A stretch of DNA of 64,000 nucleotides from a bacterium (lineage in GTDB: Bacteria > Patescibacteriota > Minisyncoccia > Phycocordibacterales > Phycocordibacteraceae): assembly GCA_037200965.1 (NCBI GenBank), contig JBBCGK010000001.1, positions 32,001-96,000 of the forward strand, in the 5' to 3' direction. The notes under the pieces are model-generated. The model was not told the DNA's origin, searched no databases, and saw only the letters and a program-made list of their open reading frames with translations. The position numbers and the translations under genes are program-made. Position 1 is the stretch's first letter; every line of letters starts with the position of its first letter. Shown here in pieces: positions 29,300 through 38,766 of this stretch.

Positions 29300-29348
29300 T
29301 CATCATAGCCTTTTCGAGCTCCCTTTGATATCGTGAGCGGGCAATCGA

Positions 29349-29422
29349 GGGCGATTAGCTCAGTTGGTTAGAGCGTCCGCCTCACACGCGGAAGGTCACA
29401 AGTTCGAGTCTTGTATCGCCCA
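29349..29422 (+). tRNA. tRNA-Val (anticodon CAC)
   Basis: GGGCGATTAGCTCAGTTGGTTAGAGC...CTCACAC loop...GTTCGAGTC...ATCGCCCA. Confidence 0.8.
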
Positions 29423-29574
29423 CTTTCAACTAAGGCCAGTCAGCATACTGCCCTCATGCGCAGCTACTCGAGGAAGTTGACAAACTTTATAGTTTCGATA
29501 TAAAGTCACCACAACGGACGCATTGAGTCCGTTTGTACATCTCACCCAGCTCGGCTCTAGGAGGGCCTACGGAA

Positions 29575-30192
29575 ATGCTTACCAGCAATCTGTTCTACCG
29601 GACCAAGGAAGGTCGTGGGGGGATTCGCTTCGCGAGCCCTTTCTCCATCCTACTTTCTGGCCTATACACCTGGGTCCCGCTCGCCAGTGCCGTCGGCTAC
29701 TTTCTCGTCGAGAAGGGCCATTTCGGAGCGGATTTCACCATCCTAGCTCCGGCCTCGGTCTGTGTCGGCGATCACCACGCGCTGATGTGCGCTGGGCCCT
29801 TACAGTTCAACACCTTCGTTCTCGCCGAGTTCGTGGCGGCCGGGGTGATGGCTTCCTATATCGTGAAGACGGCGCTGCGGTTCATCGGCAACATCGAATA
29901 TGCGCCGTCGACCCGCAACAACGAGCGGCTCTCGCCGCTGCTGTTCATCGTCCTGGCGATCATCGTCGGAGTCGTGGGCGGAATGAACCAAGCCGTTCCT
30001 TTCGCCGCCGTTTCGGTCGCATCAATCGTGCTGGCGAAAGCTCTGATCAGGCAGCCCATCCTGTATCTCGCGAAGAGCTTGGCCTATCTGAACGTCGCGG
30101 GCGCCAAAGCCTTCCTCGAGATCGTGGATTGGAACACCAATGTGTGGCCGCTGCGGAGCAGCATCGAACCGCAGCTGGAAGAAGTGGGCTGA
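29575..30192 (+). CDS. integral membrane protein, hypothetical (start uncertain)
   Basis: Hydrophobic 219-aa frame of ORF 29533..30192. The overlapping Arg-rich 413-aa ORF in another frame is an artefact upstream of 30288. Confidence 0.4.
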   Translation: MLTSNLFYRTKEGRGGIRFASPFSILLSGLYTWVPLASAVGYFLVEKGHFGADFTILAPASVCVGDHHALMCAGPLQFNTFVLAEFVAAGVMASYIVKTALRFIGNIEYAPSTRNNERLSPLLFIVLAIIVGVVGGMNQAVPFAAVSVASIVLAKALIRQPILYLAKSLAYLNVAGAKAFLEIVDWNTNVWPLRSSIEPQLEEVG

Positions 30193-30287
30193 CCGCTTCC
30201 TCACAATCTAGTACGCAGCGCCGGAGCCTTTCCGGCGCTGTTCATTTTCCCTGGCGCCCTCTTTTTCTTTCTGCCATACTCGGTCAT

Positions 30288-30764
30288 ATGAGTCCGAAGC
30301 CAAGAAAAGAACCCGAGATATTCGAGCACGTCACGACCTGGATCGGCTCGACGCTTTCCTTTACGCTCCACACACTCGCTTTCCTCTGTGCATTCCTCAT
30401 CGGCCTTTCCGGCATCGCATCCTGGAACACCGTCCTCCTCGTCCTTACGACCGTCGTCTCGCTCGAGGCGATCTATCTTTCCATTTTCATCCAGATGACG
30501 GTAAACCGGCAATCGGAGGAGCTTGCGGAGGTGAGCGAGGACGTCGAGGATATCCAGGAAGACATCGACGAAATCCAGGAGGATATGGATGAAGTCCAGA
30601 AGGATGTGGACGAAATACAAGGAGACATCGGCGAAATCCAGGAAGACGTCGAAGACTTTACCGAAGAAAAGGCTCCCGCACCGGAAGTCGTGACCCTCGA
30701 ACAGCTTACGATCGACGTCCGGCGCGTCCTTGCCGATCTTGAGGCACTAAAGGAAGGGCGATAA
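30288..30764 (+). CDS. DUF1003-like membrane protein with acidic tandem-repeat tail
   Basis: N-terminal two TM helices and IQMTVNRQ, then repeats DVEDIQEDIDEIQEDMDEVQKDVDEIQGDIGEIQEDVED. Confidence 0.5.
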   Translation: MSPKPRKEPEIFEHVTTWIGSTLSFTLHTLAFLCAFLIGLSGIASWNTVLLVLTTVVSLEAIYLSIFIQMTVNRQSEELAEVSEDVEDIQEDIDEIQEDMDEVQKDVDEIQGDIGEIQEDVEDFTEEKAPAPEVVTLEQLTIDVRRVLADLEALKEGR

Positions 30765-30834
30765 CAGACTGCGTGTCTTTACTTTTAAATTGAGGGTGAT
30801 ATAATAAGGCCAGGCTATTGAGGAGGACATTCCA

Positions 30835-31611
30835 ATGCCAAAACAGGAACTCGTACGGTTTGGCGAGCTGCTAACCCGCGCGCGCGAGAATCAAAAACCG
30901 CGCATGAACCAGACGCAGGCGGCGTCGAGGCTAACTGCTTTGACCGGAAAAACCTTCACTCAGAGCCGGGTGGCTCTGCTTGAAGGCGGGAAGATAACCG
31001 ATCCGAAACCGGAACTCATCCGGGCGCTCGTTACCGTGTATGGAATTCCGTTCCGGGATTTCATCAAGATTCTCGCCGAGGAGAAGTACGGTCTTACGCC
31101 CGGGCAGGCGCAGATCGCCGCGATGTCGAGACTTGACGCCGAAGGCCTTTCCGCATGGATGAAGCAGTTGCCTGACGGGCAATCCGTCTGGTTTACCGCT
31201 CCGCGGCTGCTCCGTTCGGCATACGACTCAGTACTCGCTGGCATCAGCTCCGTTCTCGAGCGGGGCGGCGAGGTCGTCGTCTGGGTCAGTGAGTCCGATT
31301 CGGGCGCGAAAAGCAATACCCACCGCTTCCTGCTCATGCTTCGGTACCGCCATAAATATGACGGGACTGTGCTCCGCACGGCGCTCATCGACGACTTGGA
31401 GGTGGCGCTTCTGACCGACTACGTCATAGCGAACCCGCTTGGCGTTTTGACCGGCACGGGAAACTCGGAGGGGTGGCTCGCGTTTGTGCGGCAGGAAGGT
31501 CTGCTGTGCCTTGAAATGCCCAAGGATATGCTCGAAGAACAAGTGATAAAGACCGAGGCACTGGTCAGGACACGCGCGAAGCCGGTGGATATCTCGCTCA
31601 TACCGAGATAA
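30835..31611 (+). CDS. XRE-family HTH protein with uncharacterised C-terminal domain
   Basis: N-terminal HTH_XRE (LLTRARENQKPRMNQTQAASRLTALTGKTFTQSRVALLEGG). RBS GAGGAGG. Confidence 0.6.
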   Translation: MPKQELVRFGELLTRARENQKPRMNQTQAASRLTALTGKTFTQSRVALLEGGKITDPKPELIRALVTVYGIPFRDFIKILAEEKYGLTPGQAQIAAMSRLDAEGLSAWMKQLPDGQSVWFTAPRLLRSAYDSVLAGISSVLERGGEVVVWVSESDSGAKSNTHRFLLMLRYRHKYDGTVLRTALIDDLEVALLTDYVIANPLGVLTGTGNSEGWLAFVRQEGLLCLEMPKDMLEEQVIKTEALVRTRAKPVDISLIPR

Positions 31612-31632
31612 GCATCAGATCAACTTACCGAA

Positions 31633-31668
31633 GGGCCCGGAGAAGTCTCCGGGCCCTTTTCTTTATTT
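31633..31668 (+). terminator. rho-independent terminator
   Basis: GGGCCCGGAGAAGTCTCCGGGCCC followed by TTTTCTTTATTT. Confidence 0.65.
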
Positions 31669-31738
31669 ACCGCAAACGTAAAGGCGCATTTTACTCTTGA
31701 GACGTTTAAGGAAAGACGATAAGATTTCACCCACACAA

Positions 31739-31811
31739 GGGCCCGTAGCTCACTTGGTAGAGCGCCGCGATGGCATTGCGGAGGTAAGGGGTTCGATCCC
31801 CCTCGGGTCCA
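31739..31811 (+). tRNA. tRNA-Ala (anticodon GGC)
   Basis: GGGCCCGTAGCTCACTTGGTAGAGC...ATGGCAT loop...GGGGTTCGATCCCC...GGGTCCA. G3:U70. Confidence 0.8.
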
Positions 31812-31923
31812 CAAAATTAGGCATCGCTTTACAAGGTCTACCATCTGTCGTACGTTTATCCTGGATTCATTCGAGTCCGCGCATCCTTGCGGATGCCTTG
31901 ACACTATAAAGGGATAATAAGCG

Positions 31924-33075
31924 ATGAAATCGAGAACCATTGAACGGGGCGCCCTGACATCGGGCGACCTGCTTTCGGTGACTGCCGGAGGCCGCAACTA
32001 CGGTCTTGCTGAACTCACGACAAACGCTATGTACGAACAATCCGTTTCGAATGGCTTCCAGCCGATGCTCGATGAGATCAATTCGAGCCTTGAGCTCATG
32101 AAGCTCGGTGAAGCCGCGAACCGCGACCGCATCTATGCCGCCTACGCCCATGACATCGAGCTGCTCAATGAGTATCGCAGCGGCTTCGAGAAAATGGTCA
32201 AAGCGGCGGTGAAGTACTCGATCCTTCCGGGCAATACCTACGGCAGGTCGGATCAGGAATGGGGATTCATCTCCGGCTCCATGCCTGTGCTTGCGCGGGA
32301 AGCGTTCTTCGACTTCAGGGCCGAAGTCGCGGCTCTTCCAGCGCGGGAGCTGCTCCAGCATCTGAAAGGTCAGGCTGAAGCGGCGGTGCCGAAGCTATTC
32401 GCTCTCGTGAGTTTCTGGCTCGACGCGCTGGTCGCCCGCGAATTCGTCGGCCTCTTGATGGTCGCGAGCGACGACGCGGCCCGATATCACTACTTCCGTC
32501 CTTTCAGGACCGAAACGGTGCTTGAGGACAACTACAAGCCGCCCAAGGCAATCGAAGTCGACGAGACCTTGCCGTTCGGTCAGCGCACCCTCTATCAGCG
32601 GTCGTTGGGGAAACTGACTCGGATCGACCATGACATCGAGCGGCATGATCACGACATTGTTGGCATGAGGGTGCATACGGTCGAGCAATATCCCGATCGG
32701 ATGCCTCCCCGGGTTGTGGGCTTTCTCGAACAGGTGCCGCCGATCATTTTGCGGCATCTCCGCATCGTGTCCGGTGTCATCGTTCGGGAACAGATCCTCA
32801 AGCGTACCGTCGCGACGGAAGTCACCGACACGCGCCATACGAGCACCTGGCGTGATTCCCCGGCGATCGTCATCGGCGACATCTATGTACCCGTCGGCTG
32901 GAGCGATAAAGATATGGGAAACGCAGCATTCTTCTCCGGGCAGCTCGCATGCCCGCCTCCGCCGACCAGGCTCGTGAAGTTCATAACCTGGCCGCGACGG
33001 CATCCAGTGTTGGCTACGATCGCCTGCACGACGCTTGCGGTGCTTTCAGGGGCCACCTGGAGGTTCTTCGGGTAA
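31924..33075 (+). CDS. hypothetical protein (383 aa)
   Basis: Long ORF with coding-like composition and no recognised motif. A terminator follows. Confidence 0.5.
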   Translation: MKSRTIERGALTSGDLLSVTAGGRNYGLAELTTNAMYEQSVSNGFQPMLDEINSSLELMKLGEAANRDRIYAAYAHDIELLNEYRSGFEKMVKAAVKYSILPGNTYGRSDQEWGFISGSMPVLAREAFFDFRAEVAALPARELLQHLKGQAEAAVPKLFALVSFWLDALVAREFVGLLMVASDDAARYHYFRPFRTETVLEDNYKPPKAIEVDETLPFGQRTLYQRSLGKLTRIDHDIERHDHDIVGMRVHTVEQYPDRMPPRVVGFLEQVPPIILRHLRIVSGVIVREQILKRTVATEVTDTRHTSTWRDSPAIVIGDIYVPVGWSDKDMGNAAFFSGQLACPPPPTRLVKFITWPRRHPVLATIACTTLAVLSGATWRFFG

Positions 33076-33099
33076 TTCGAAGCTGCCTTCATCAAACTT

Positions 33100-33130
33100 C
33101 AGCGGGGGTCTCGGCCCCCGCTTTGTTTTT
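33100..33130 (+). terminator. rho-independent terminator
   Basis: CAGCGGGGGTCTCGGCCCCCGCTTTGTTTTT. Confidence 0.55.
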
Positions 33131-33267
33131 ATTACCACAATCCTGGGCTTAGCTCAGCTGCGCCGAATAAACGTACTCCTCGTGTCCACAATAGGCAAAA
33201 GACCACACGAATTTTTGTTTTTTGAAGCTAATCTGATACTGTTGCGGCAGGTAAGTAGGAGGATTCA

Positions 33268-33579
33268 ATGAACCGCATCAAGCCTACAGATTCTTTCGCA
33301 CAAGCTGACATTGATGCTCTGTGTGGGCAATACAGAAGTTTCATAGAAAAATTGCGGGCAAGGTGGTTACGGTATAACAATCACCGGTTCACAAGATGGG
33401 TACTCTATGAACTGGATGCCGGAGAGCGTCAGAGGGTCGATGGGGTCATCCGTCGTTGGGAGGAATATATCACTCCCATCGCCGAGAAGTGGTGGAAGCG
33501 GTATGGGATCGGCATTCGCTGGCCTGCAAAATCATCCGATCCCTGTCAGTTCTATTGGCTCGAAGGCGCACGCGCCTAG
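33268..33579 (+). CDS. hypothetical protein (103 aa)
   Basis: RBS GGAGGA 6 nt upstream. Two terminators follow, at 33604-33640 and 33664-33693. Confidence 0.45.
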   Translation: MNRIKPTDSFAQADIDALCGQYRSFIEKLRARWLRYNNHRFTRWVLYELDAGERQRVDGVIRRWEEYITPIAEKWWKRYGIGIRWPAKSSDPCQFYWLEGARA

Positions 33580-33603
33580 CTAAGGTTGTCTTCAGCTCAA
33601 GAA

Positions 33604-33693
33604 GGCGCCCACGATTTCCCGTGGGCGCTCTTTTCTATATCTCTACCCAAAAGCTTTGATCACAAAAGGTCCGCCAAACGGCGGACCTTTTGT
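33604..33693. terminator. pair of hairpin terminators (the second serves the convergent SWIB gene)
   Basis: GCGCCCACGATTTCCCGTGGGCGC followed by TCTTTT, then AAAAGGTCCGCCAAACGGCGGACCTTTTGT. Confidence 0.5.
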
Positions 33694-33711
33694 GATTCTA
33701 GCGGCTTAAAA

Positions 33712-33969
33712 CTAGGAAAGGTGCGCCGAGACGAGCTTGGTCATCTCGAACATGGTCACTTCCTTCTTTCCCCCGAAGATCGGGAGGAGAAGGTCGTCCG
33801 CGAAGATGTTCCGCTTATTGGCCGGGTTCTGGAGGTTCTTGTCCTTGATATAGACCCAGATCTGCTTGACGACTTCGCCGCGCGACATCGGGCCCTTGCC
33901 GACGACCGCCTCAAGCTCGGGCGTGAGGTTCATGGGCTTCAAAAGGGCCGGGTTTGCTTTTCTAACCAT
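33712..33969 (-). CDS. SWIB/MDM2 domain protein
   Basis: 85 aa. LTPELEAVVGKGPMSRGEVVKQIWVYIKDKNLQNP...VTMFEMTKLVSAHL matches the SWIB consensus. Confidence 0.6.
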   Translation of the reverse strand: MVRKANPALLKPMNLTPELEAVVGKGPMSRGEVVKQIWVYIKDKNLQNPANKRNIFADDLLLPIFGGKKEVTMFEMTKLVSAHLS

Positions 33970-34156
33970 AGATGGTGAATGTAAATTCGATTATCGATAA
34001 TAAGGACCTTGACTGGCCAATAGTACCCCAGGCGCCCGTATTTGTCCCCAGGCTGTCCCCAGGGCCTTGCGCCCGGGTTTTGAAGCCCTATACTCCCCAA
34101 AGTCTCGTCGGCGCCTGCGGGCGCATTTCATTCGTTCCGAACCAAGGGAGGCATGC

Positions 34157-34480
34157 GTGAAGAAACATCAGTTCGTCGCCGCCTTCCATGGTTGCAGGGG
34201 GCGCATCCGGCTTGACCCGCCGACACTGCTTGCGGCGGTACAGCGTATCGGAGGCGACATCGGGCTCTCGGTCGGGCCCGGCTCTCCGGGTTCGCATCCG
34301 AATCTTTTCCTCGATTTCGAGGAAAGAACCCGTACGGTCCGTATCGACTTTCGTTTCCGCTATGAGAATGAGGAGGAATTCCGCATTCCGCGGCTTCTTA
34401 TAGAGGGAATCAAAGCCCTCTTGGTGCCAGCGAGCATGGAATCGGAAGAGAAGCCCTTCAAAAAAAGGCGCCAGCGATGA
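34157..34480 (+). CDS. hypothetical protein upstream of the atp operon (GTG start)
   Basis: RBS AAGGGAGG precedes the GTG. The protein is not hydrophobic, so it is not AtpI-like. Confidence 0.3.
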   Translation: MKKHQFVAAFHGCRGRIRLDPPTLLAAVQRIGGDIGLSVGPGSPGSHPNLFLDFEERTRTVRIDFRFRYENEEEFRIPRLLIEGIKALLVPASMESEEKPFKKRRQR

Positions 34481-34529
34481 GCGGCGCCTTTTGCTTTGGC
34501 CGGGCGGGGAGTCGTGATAAAATCAGTCC

Positions 34530-35375
34530 ATGCATGAGGGGATCGCAATCCACCTGGCGCCTTTGGCGCTTTTTCATATCGGGTCGTTCGCAGTGACGAA
34601 CACGCTCTTCACGACGCTCCTGGTATCCCTCCTCCTCATAGTCTTCGCGTATTTCGCCGGGCGCTCCTTGAAGCTCAAGCCCGGCAAGTTCCAGGCGGTC
34701 CTCGAGCTCATCATCGTGTTCCCGTATACTTTCGTGCGGGATACCCTCGAGGACGAGAAGGCAGCGGAGAAGCTCTTCCCGATCGTGATGACCATCTTCC
34801 TCCTCGTTCTCACGGTCAACTGGTTCGGGCTTTTGCCGATAGGCGAGGGGATAGGGTTCGGAGGAGAGCACGGTTTCGTGCCGCTCTTCCATGCGAGCTC
34901 CACCGACCTCAACTTCACCCTCGCGCTCGCGCTCGTCGCCTTCTTCACGATCGAGATATTCGGCATCGCGGCCCTGGGCGCGTTTAAGTATGGAAAGAAA
35001 TTCATCACCTTTGCGTCGCCTATCGCTTTCGTAGTAGGCTTGATAGAACTCGTCTCCGAAGTGGCGCGGCTGATCTCGTTCTCCTTCCGCCTCTTCGGAA
35101 ACGTGTTCGCGGGCAAGGTACTCATACTCGTGCTCGCGTCGTTCGTGCCGCTTCTCCTGCCCGTACCGTTCCTGGCGTTCGAGCTCTTCGTGGGCTTCAT
35201 CCAGGCGGCGATCTTCGCCCTCCTCACGCTCTTCTTCACGAAGATCGCGATCTCGGGACACGCGGAGCACGAGCATGCGGACGGCCACGACGGCGCGGAG
35301 CACGGCCTTGCGCATGCGGTGGTCGACGAGCGCGACCTGCCGCACGGCATTACAAAAACAACCATCACCACCTAA
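34530..35375 (+). CDS. atpB: F0F1 ATP synthase subunit a
   Basis: 281 aa polytopic membrane protein. LISFSFRLFGNVFAGKVLIL is a conserved R-containing helix. Confidence 0.9.
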   Translation: MHEGIAIHLAPLALFHIGSFAVTNTLFTTLLVSLLLIVFAYFAGRSLKLKPGKFQAVLELIIVFPYTFVRDTLEDEKAAEKLFPIVMTIFLLVLTVNWFGLLPIGEGIGFGGEHGFVPLFHASSTDLNFTLALALVAFFTIEIFGIAALGAFKYGKKFITFASPIAFVVGLIELVSEVARLISFSFRLFGNVFAGKVLILVLASFVPLLLPVPFLAFELFVGFIQAAIFALLTLFFTKIAISGHAEHEHADGHDGAEHGLAHAVVDERDLPHGITKTTITT

Positions 35376-35609
<234 letters not shown>

Positions 35610-35621
35610 TTCCTGCTATCC

Positions 35622-36065
35622 ATGGAAGCCCTCATCACCACCTTCGGCGTCGACTGGCGAAGCCTCGCGCTTGAGGTGGTGAACTTCGGCATCCTGGTCG
35701 CGCTTTTGACCTGGCTTTTGTATAAGCCGGTCCTCAAGATGGTGAAGGAGCGGGAACAGGTCGTCGCCAAGGGCGTCGAGGACGCCGAGGAAGCGGCAAA
35801 GAAGCTCTCGGAGGCGGACGCGAAGGCCCTCGAACGCTCGAAAGCGGCCGAGAAGGAAGCAGAAGAGACCGTGCAGACGGCGCGCGGGGAGGCTTCCGGG
35901 GAGAAGGCGCGGCTCCTTGCAGAAGCGCAGGCGAGGGCTGCCGCGGTCGAGCGCGATGCGGAAGCGCGGGCAAAGGAATCGGCGGAACGCGCGAAGCGGG
36001 AAAGCGAGAAGGACATCGCACGCGTCGCGCTTCTTGCCGCCGAGAAGCTCATGAAGACCAAATGA
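35622..36065 (+). CDS. atpF: F0F1 ATP synthase subunit b
   Basis: N-terminal TM then a long charged helix. Confidence 0.8.
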   Translation: MEALITTFGVDWRSLALEVVNFGILVALLTWLLYKPVLKMVKEREQVVAKGVEDAEEAAKKLSEADAKALERSKAAEKEAEETVQTARGEASGEKARLLAEAQARAAAVERDAEARAKESAERAKRESEKDIARVALLAAEKLMKTK

Positions 36066-36301
36066 CCTACGAAACCCTCGTCGAGCACTTGAAGCGCACC
36101 GGCCGGATGAAGCTCCTGCCGAGAATTTTGAGGGAACTCAAGATGAAGGAAGCGCGAGCGCGGAAGCTCGCGCCCCGGAAGGAGACGGCGGAAGAAAGTC
36201 CCGCGCTCATCAGCGGCTCTCGCTCGATAGAGAACGGCATCCTCACGGACACCACGGGAAAGCGGGCGCTCCTTGAGATTTATAAGAAAGTCACGGCCTA
36301 A
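36062..36301 (+). CDS. atpH: very short ATP synthase delta(OSCP)-like subunit (79 aa)
   Basis: Sits in the delta slot between b and alpha, with a 4-nt overlap. Only the C-terminal-like segment is present. Confidence 0.5.
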   Translation: MTYETLVEHLKRTGRMKLLPRILRELKMKEARARKLAPRKETAEESPALISGSRSIENGILTDTTGKRALLEIYKKVTA

Positions 36302-36303
36302 GC

Positions 36304-37851
36304 ATGCAAAATATCATCGAGAAAATAGAGCGCGAGATCGCGGCCTGGAAGCCGGAGGGAGGCTCCGAGGAGGTCGGCATCGTCCGCACGACGGGCGATG
36401 GCATCGCCGAGATCGACGGACTCTCAGGAGCCGTGATGACGGAAATGGTGCTGTTCGACCCGACCTTCGACCGCTCGCTTGAGGACGCGCTCAAAGATCC
36501 TTCGCCCGTATACGGCCTTGTCCTCAACCTCGAAGAGGACAGCGTGCGCGCCGTCATTCTCGGAGATTCTTCGAAGGTGTATGAAGGCATGCTCGTCCGG
36601 AAGCTCGGGCGTAGGCTCTCGATTCCCGTGGGCGATGCGCTCGTGGGCCGCGTGGTTAATGCGCTTGGAGAGCCGGTCGACGGCAAGGGTCCGGTCAAAG
36701 AGACGAAAGACCTTCCGATCGAGCGCGAGGCATACGGCGTCATCGACCGCGCTCCCGTGAACGTGCCTTTGCATACCGGCATAAAGGCTATCGACGCCAT
36801 GATCCCGATCGGCCGCGGCCAGCGCGAGCTCATCATCGGGGATCGCGGCGTCGGGAAGACCGTGATCGCGATCGACACCATTTTGAACCAGCTCTCCGAG
36901 CCCGAAGCGTCCCGTCCCGTCTGCATCTATGTCGCCATCGGCCAGAAGGAGTCGAAGACCGCGAAGCTCGTCGCGGAGCTCGAGGAGAAAGGCGCGATGG
37001 CGTACTCGATCGTCGTTACCGCTCCCGCTTCGAGTCCCGCCGCGCTTCAGTATCTCGCCCCGTTTGCAGGCGCGACGATCGGCGAGCATTTCATGGAACA
37101 AGGCAAGGACGCGCTCGTCGTATATGACGACCTCTCGAAACAGGCAGTCGCGTATCGCCAAATGTCGCTCCTTCTTCGCCGCCCGCCGGGCCGCGAAGCA
37201 TATCCGGGCGACATCTTCTATCTCCACTCGCGCCTTCTCGAGCGCGCGGCGAAGCTTTCCAAAGAGAAGGGCGGCGGCTCCCTCACGGCGCTTCCTATCA
37301 TCGAAACCCAGGAAGGCGACGTGTCGGCATACATCCCGACGAACGTGATCTCGATCACGGACGGCCAGATATTCCTCGAAGCGAACCTCTTCAACCAGGG
37401 GCTTCGCCCGGCCATTAACGTCGGCATCTCGGTCTCGCGCGTGGGCAGCAATGCGCAGACCAAGGCGATGAAGAAGGTCTCGGGGAAGATCAAGCTTGAA
37501 CTTGCCCAGTTCCGCGAGCTTGAAGCCTTCATGCAGTTCTCTTCGGATCTCGACGCCGAGACCAAGAAGCGCATCGACTCCGGCCGCCGCCTTACGGAAG
37601 TCCTCAAGCAGAATAAGGGAGAGCCTCTGCCGTTTGAGATGGAGGCAGCTGTCATCTATGCCGCGACGAATGGGTACTTCGATCGCTTCGCTCCGGAAGA
37701 GGCGAGCCAGGCAGAAGCGAAGCTTAGGGACTTCCTGCTTCGCGAAGGAAAAGATGCTCTCTCGGCTATCCGCGAAGGCAAGCAGATCGATGAGGAGACG
37801 GAAGGGAAGCTCAAGAAGGTTCTCGATACGTTTGCGGCACACGTGAGCTAA
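36304..37851 (+). CDS. atpA: F0F1 ATP synthase subunit alpha
   Basis: 515 aa. Walker A GDRGVGKT. Confidence 0.95.
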   Translation: MQNIIEKIEREIAAWKPEGGSEEVGIVRTTGDGIAEIDGLSGAVMTEMVLFDPTFDRSLEDALKDPSPVYGLVLNLEEDSVRAVILGDSSKVYEGMLVRKLGRRLSIPVGDALVGRVVNALGEPVDGKGPVKETKDLPIEREAYGVIDRAPVNVPLHTGIKAIDAMIPIGRGQRELIIGDRGVGKTVIAIDTILNQLSEPEASRPVCIYVAIGQKESKTAKLVAELEEKGAMAYSIVVTAPASSPAALQYLAPFAGATIGEHFMEQGKDALVVYDDLSKQAVAYRQMSLLLRRPPGREAYPGDIFYLHSRLLERAAKLSKEKGGGSLTALPIIETQEGDVSAYIPTNVISITDGQIFLEANLFNQGLRPAINVGISVSRVGSNAQTKAMKKVSGKIKLELAQFRELEAFMQFSSDLDAETKKRIDSGRRLTEVLKQNKGEPLPFEMEAAVIYAATNGYFDRFAPEEASQAEAKLRDFLLREGKDALSAIREGKQIDEETEGKLKKVLDTFAAHVS

Positions 37852-37854
37852 AGC

Positions 37855-38763
37855 ATGGCCCTCAAGGACATCAAATCGAAGATAAAGGCGACGCAGCGGA
37901 CCAACAAGGTCACGCACGCGATGGAGGCTGTCTCTGCCGTGAAGATGAGAAAGACCCAAGGATCGGCGCTCGCAGGACGCCCGTATGCGAGAGCCGCACT
38001 CGCAATTCTTGCACGGCTTTCGGGGAGTAGCGATCTCGCGCGCCATCCGCTCGCGACACTTCGGCCCGTGAAGAAGACTGCCTTCGTCGTGATTACGAGC
38101 GACAAGGGGCTTGCAGGTGCCTTGAATGCAAACGTACTCAAAGCCGCGGCGCAGGCGCTTGAGGGGAAAGCGCAAGAGAGCATCACCATCTTCGCGTACG
38201 GCCGCAAGGGTTCGGAGTATTTCTCACGCCGCAGCTACCGTATCAAGAAGACTTTCGAGAACAAGAGCGATACTATCGAGCTTTCCGGCATGGAAGAGCT
38301 CTCGCTGGAACTCTCGGCAGGATTCCTTGCCGGGGAATTCGACGAAGTCCTTGCGGTCTATAGCAACTTCAAGAGCACGTTCGAGCAGGCGCCGACGGTA
38401 CGGAAACTCCTCCCGCTTTCCCTTTCCGCCGTGTCGGAGCTGGTTTCCGACATCGCTCCGGAGAAAGGGAAGTTCGCGGAGACCGCTCCGATCAAGGCAC
38501 CTCCGGCCTACACTATCGAGCCCTCGGCCGGGGAAGTGCTCGGCGTGCTTATCCCGAAGCTCGTCGCCGTCTCCCTCTATCACATGCTCCTTGAGGCGAA
38601 GGCGTCCGAGCATTCGGCGCGGATGATCGCCATGAAGAACGCGTCGGAGAAGTCGGAGGAGGTGGCGCACGACCTCACGCGCCTCTTCAACAAGATCCGT
38701 CAGGCGGCGATCACGCGGGAGGTGTCGGAGATCGTTGGCGGGCGGGAGGCGCTTGCTTCATGA
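37855..38763 (+). CDS. atpG: F0F1 ATP synthase subunit gamma
   Basis: 302 aa. N-terminal MALKDIKSKIKATQRTNKVTHAME and a C-terminal helix. Confidence 0.9.
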   Translation: MALKDIKSKIKATQRTNKVTHAMEAVSAVKMRKTQGSALAGRPYARAALAILARLSGSSDLARHPLATLRPVKKTAFVVITSDKGLAGALNANVLKAAAQALEGKAQESITIFAYGRKGSEYFSRRSYRIKKTFENKSDTIELSGMEELSLELSAGFLAGEFDEVLAVYSNFKSTFEQAPTVRKLLPLSLSAVSELVSDIAPEKGKFAETAPIKAPPAYTIEPSAGEVLGVLIPKLVAVSLYHMLLEAKASEHSARMIAMKNASEKSEEVAHDLTRLFNKIRQAAITREVSEIVGGREALAS

Positions 38764-38766
38764 CGC

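Noticed and set aside
29523-30764. 413-aa ORF spanning two genes
   Set aside because: Its first two thirds are an Arg-rich out-of-frame read of the membrane-protein gene 29575..30192. Only the part from the ATG at 30288 (the DUF1003-like protein) looks real.
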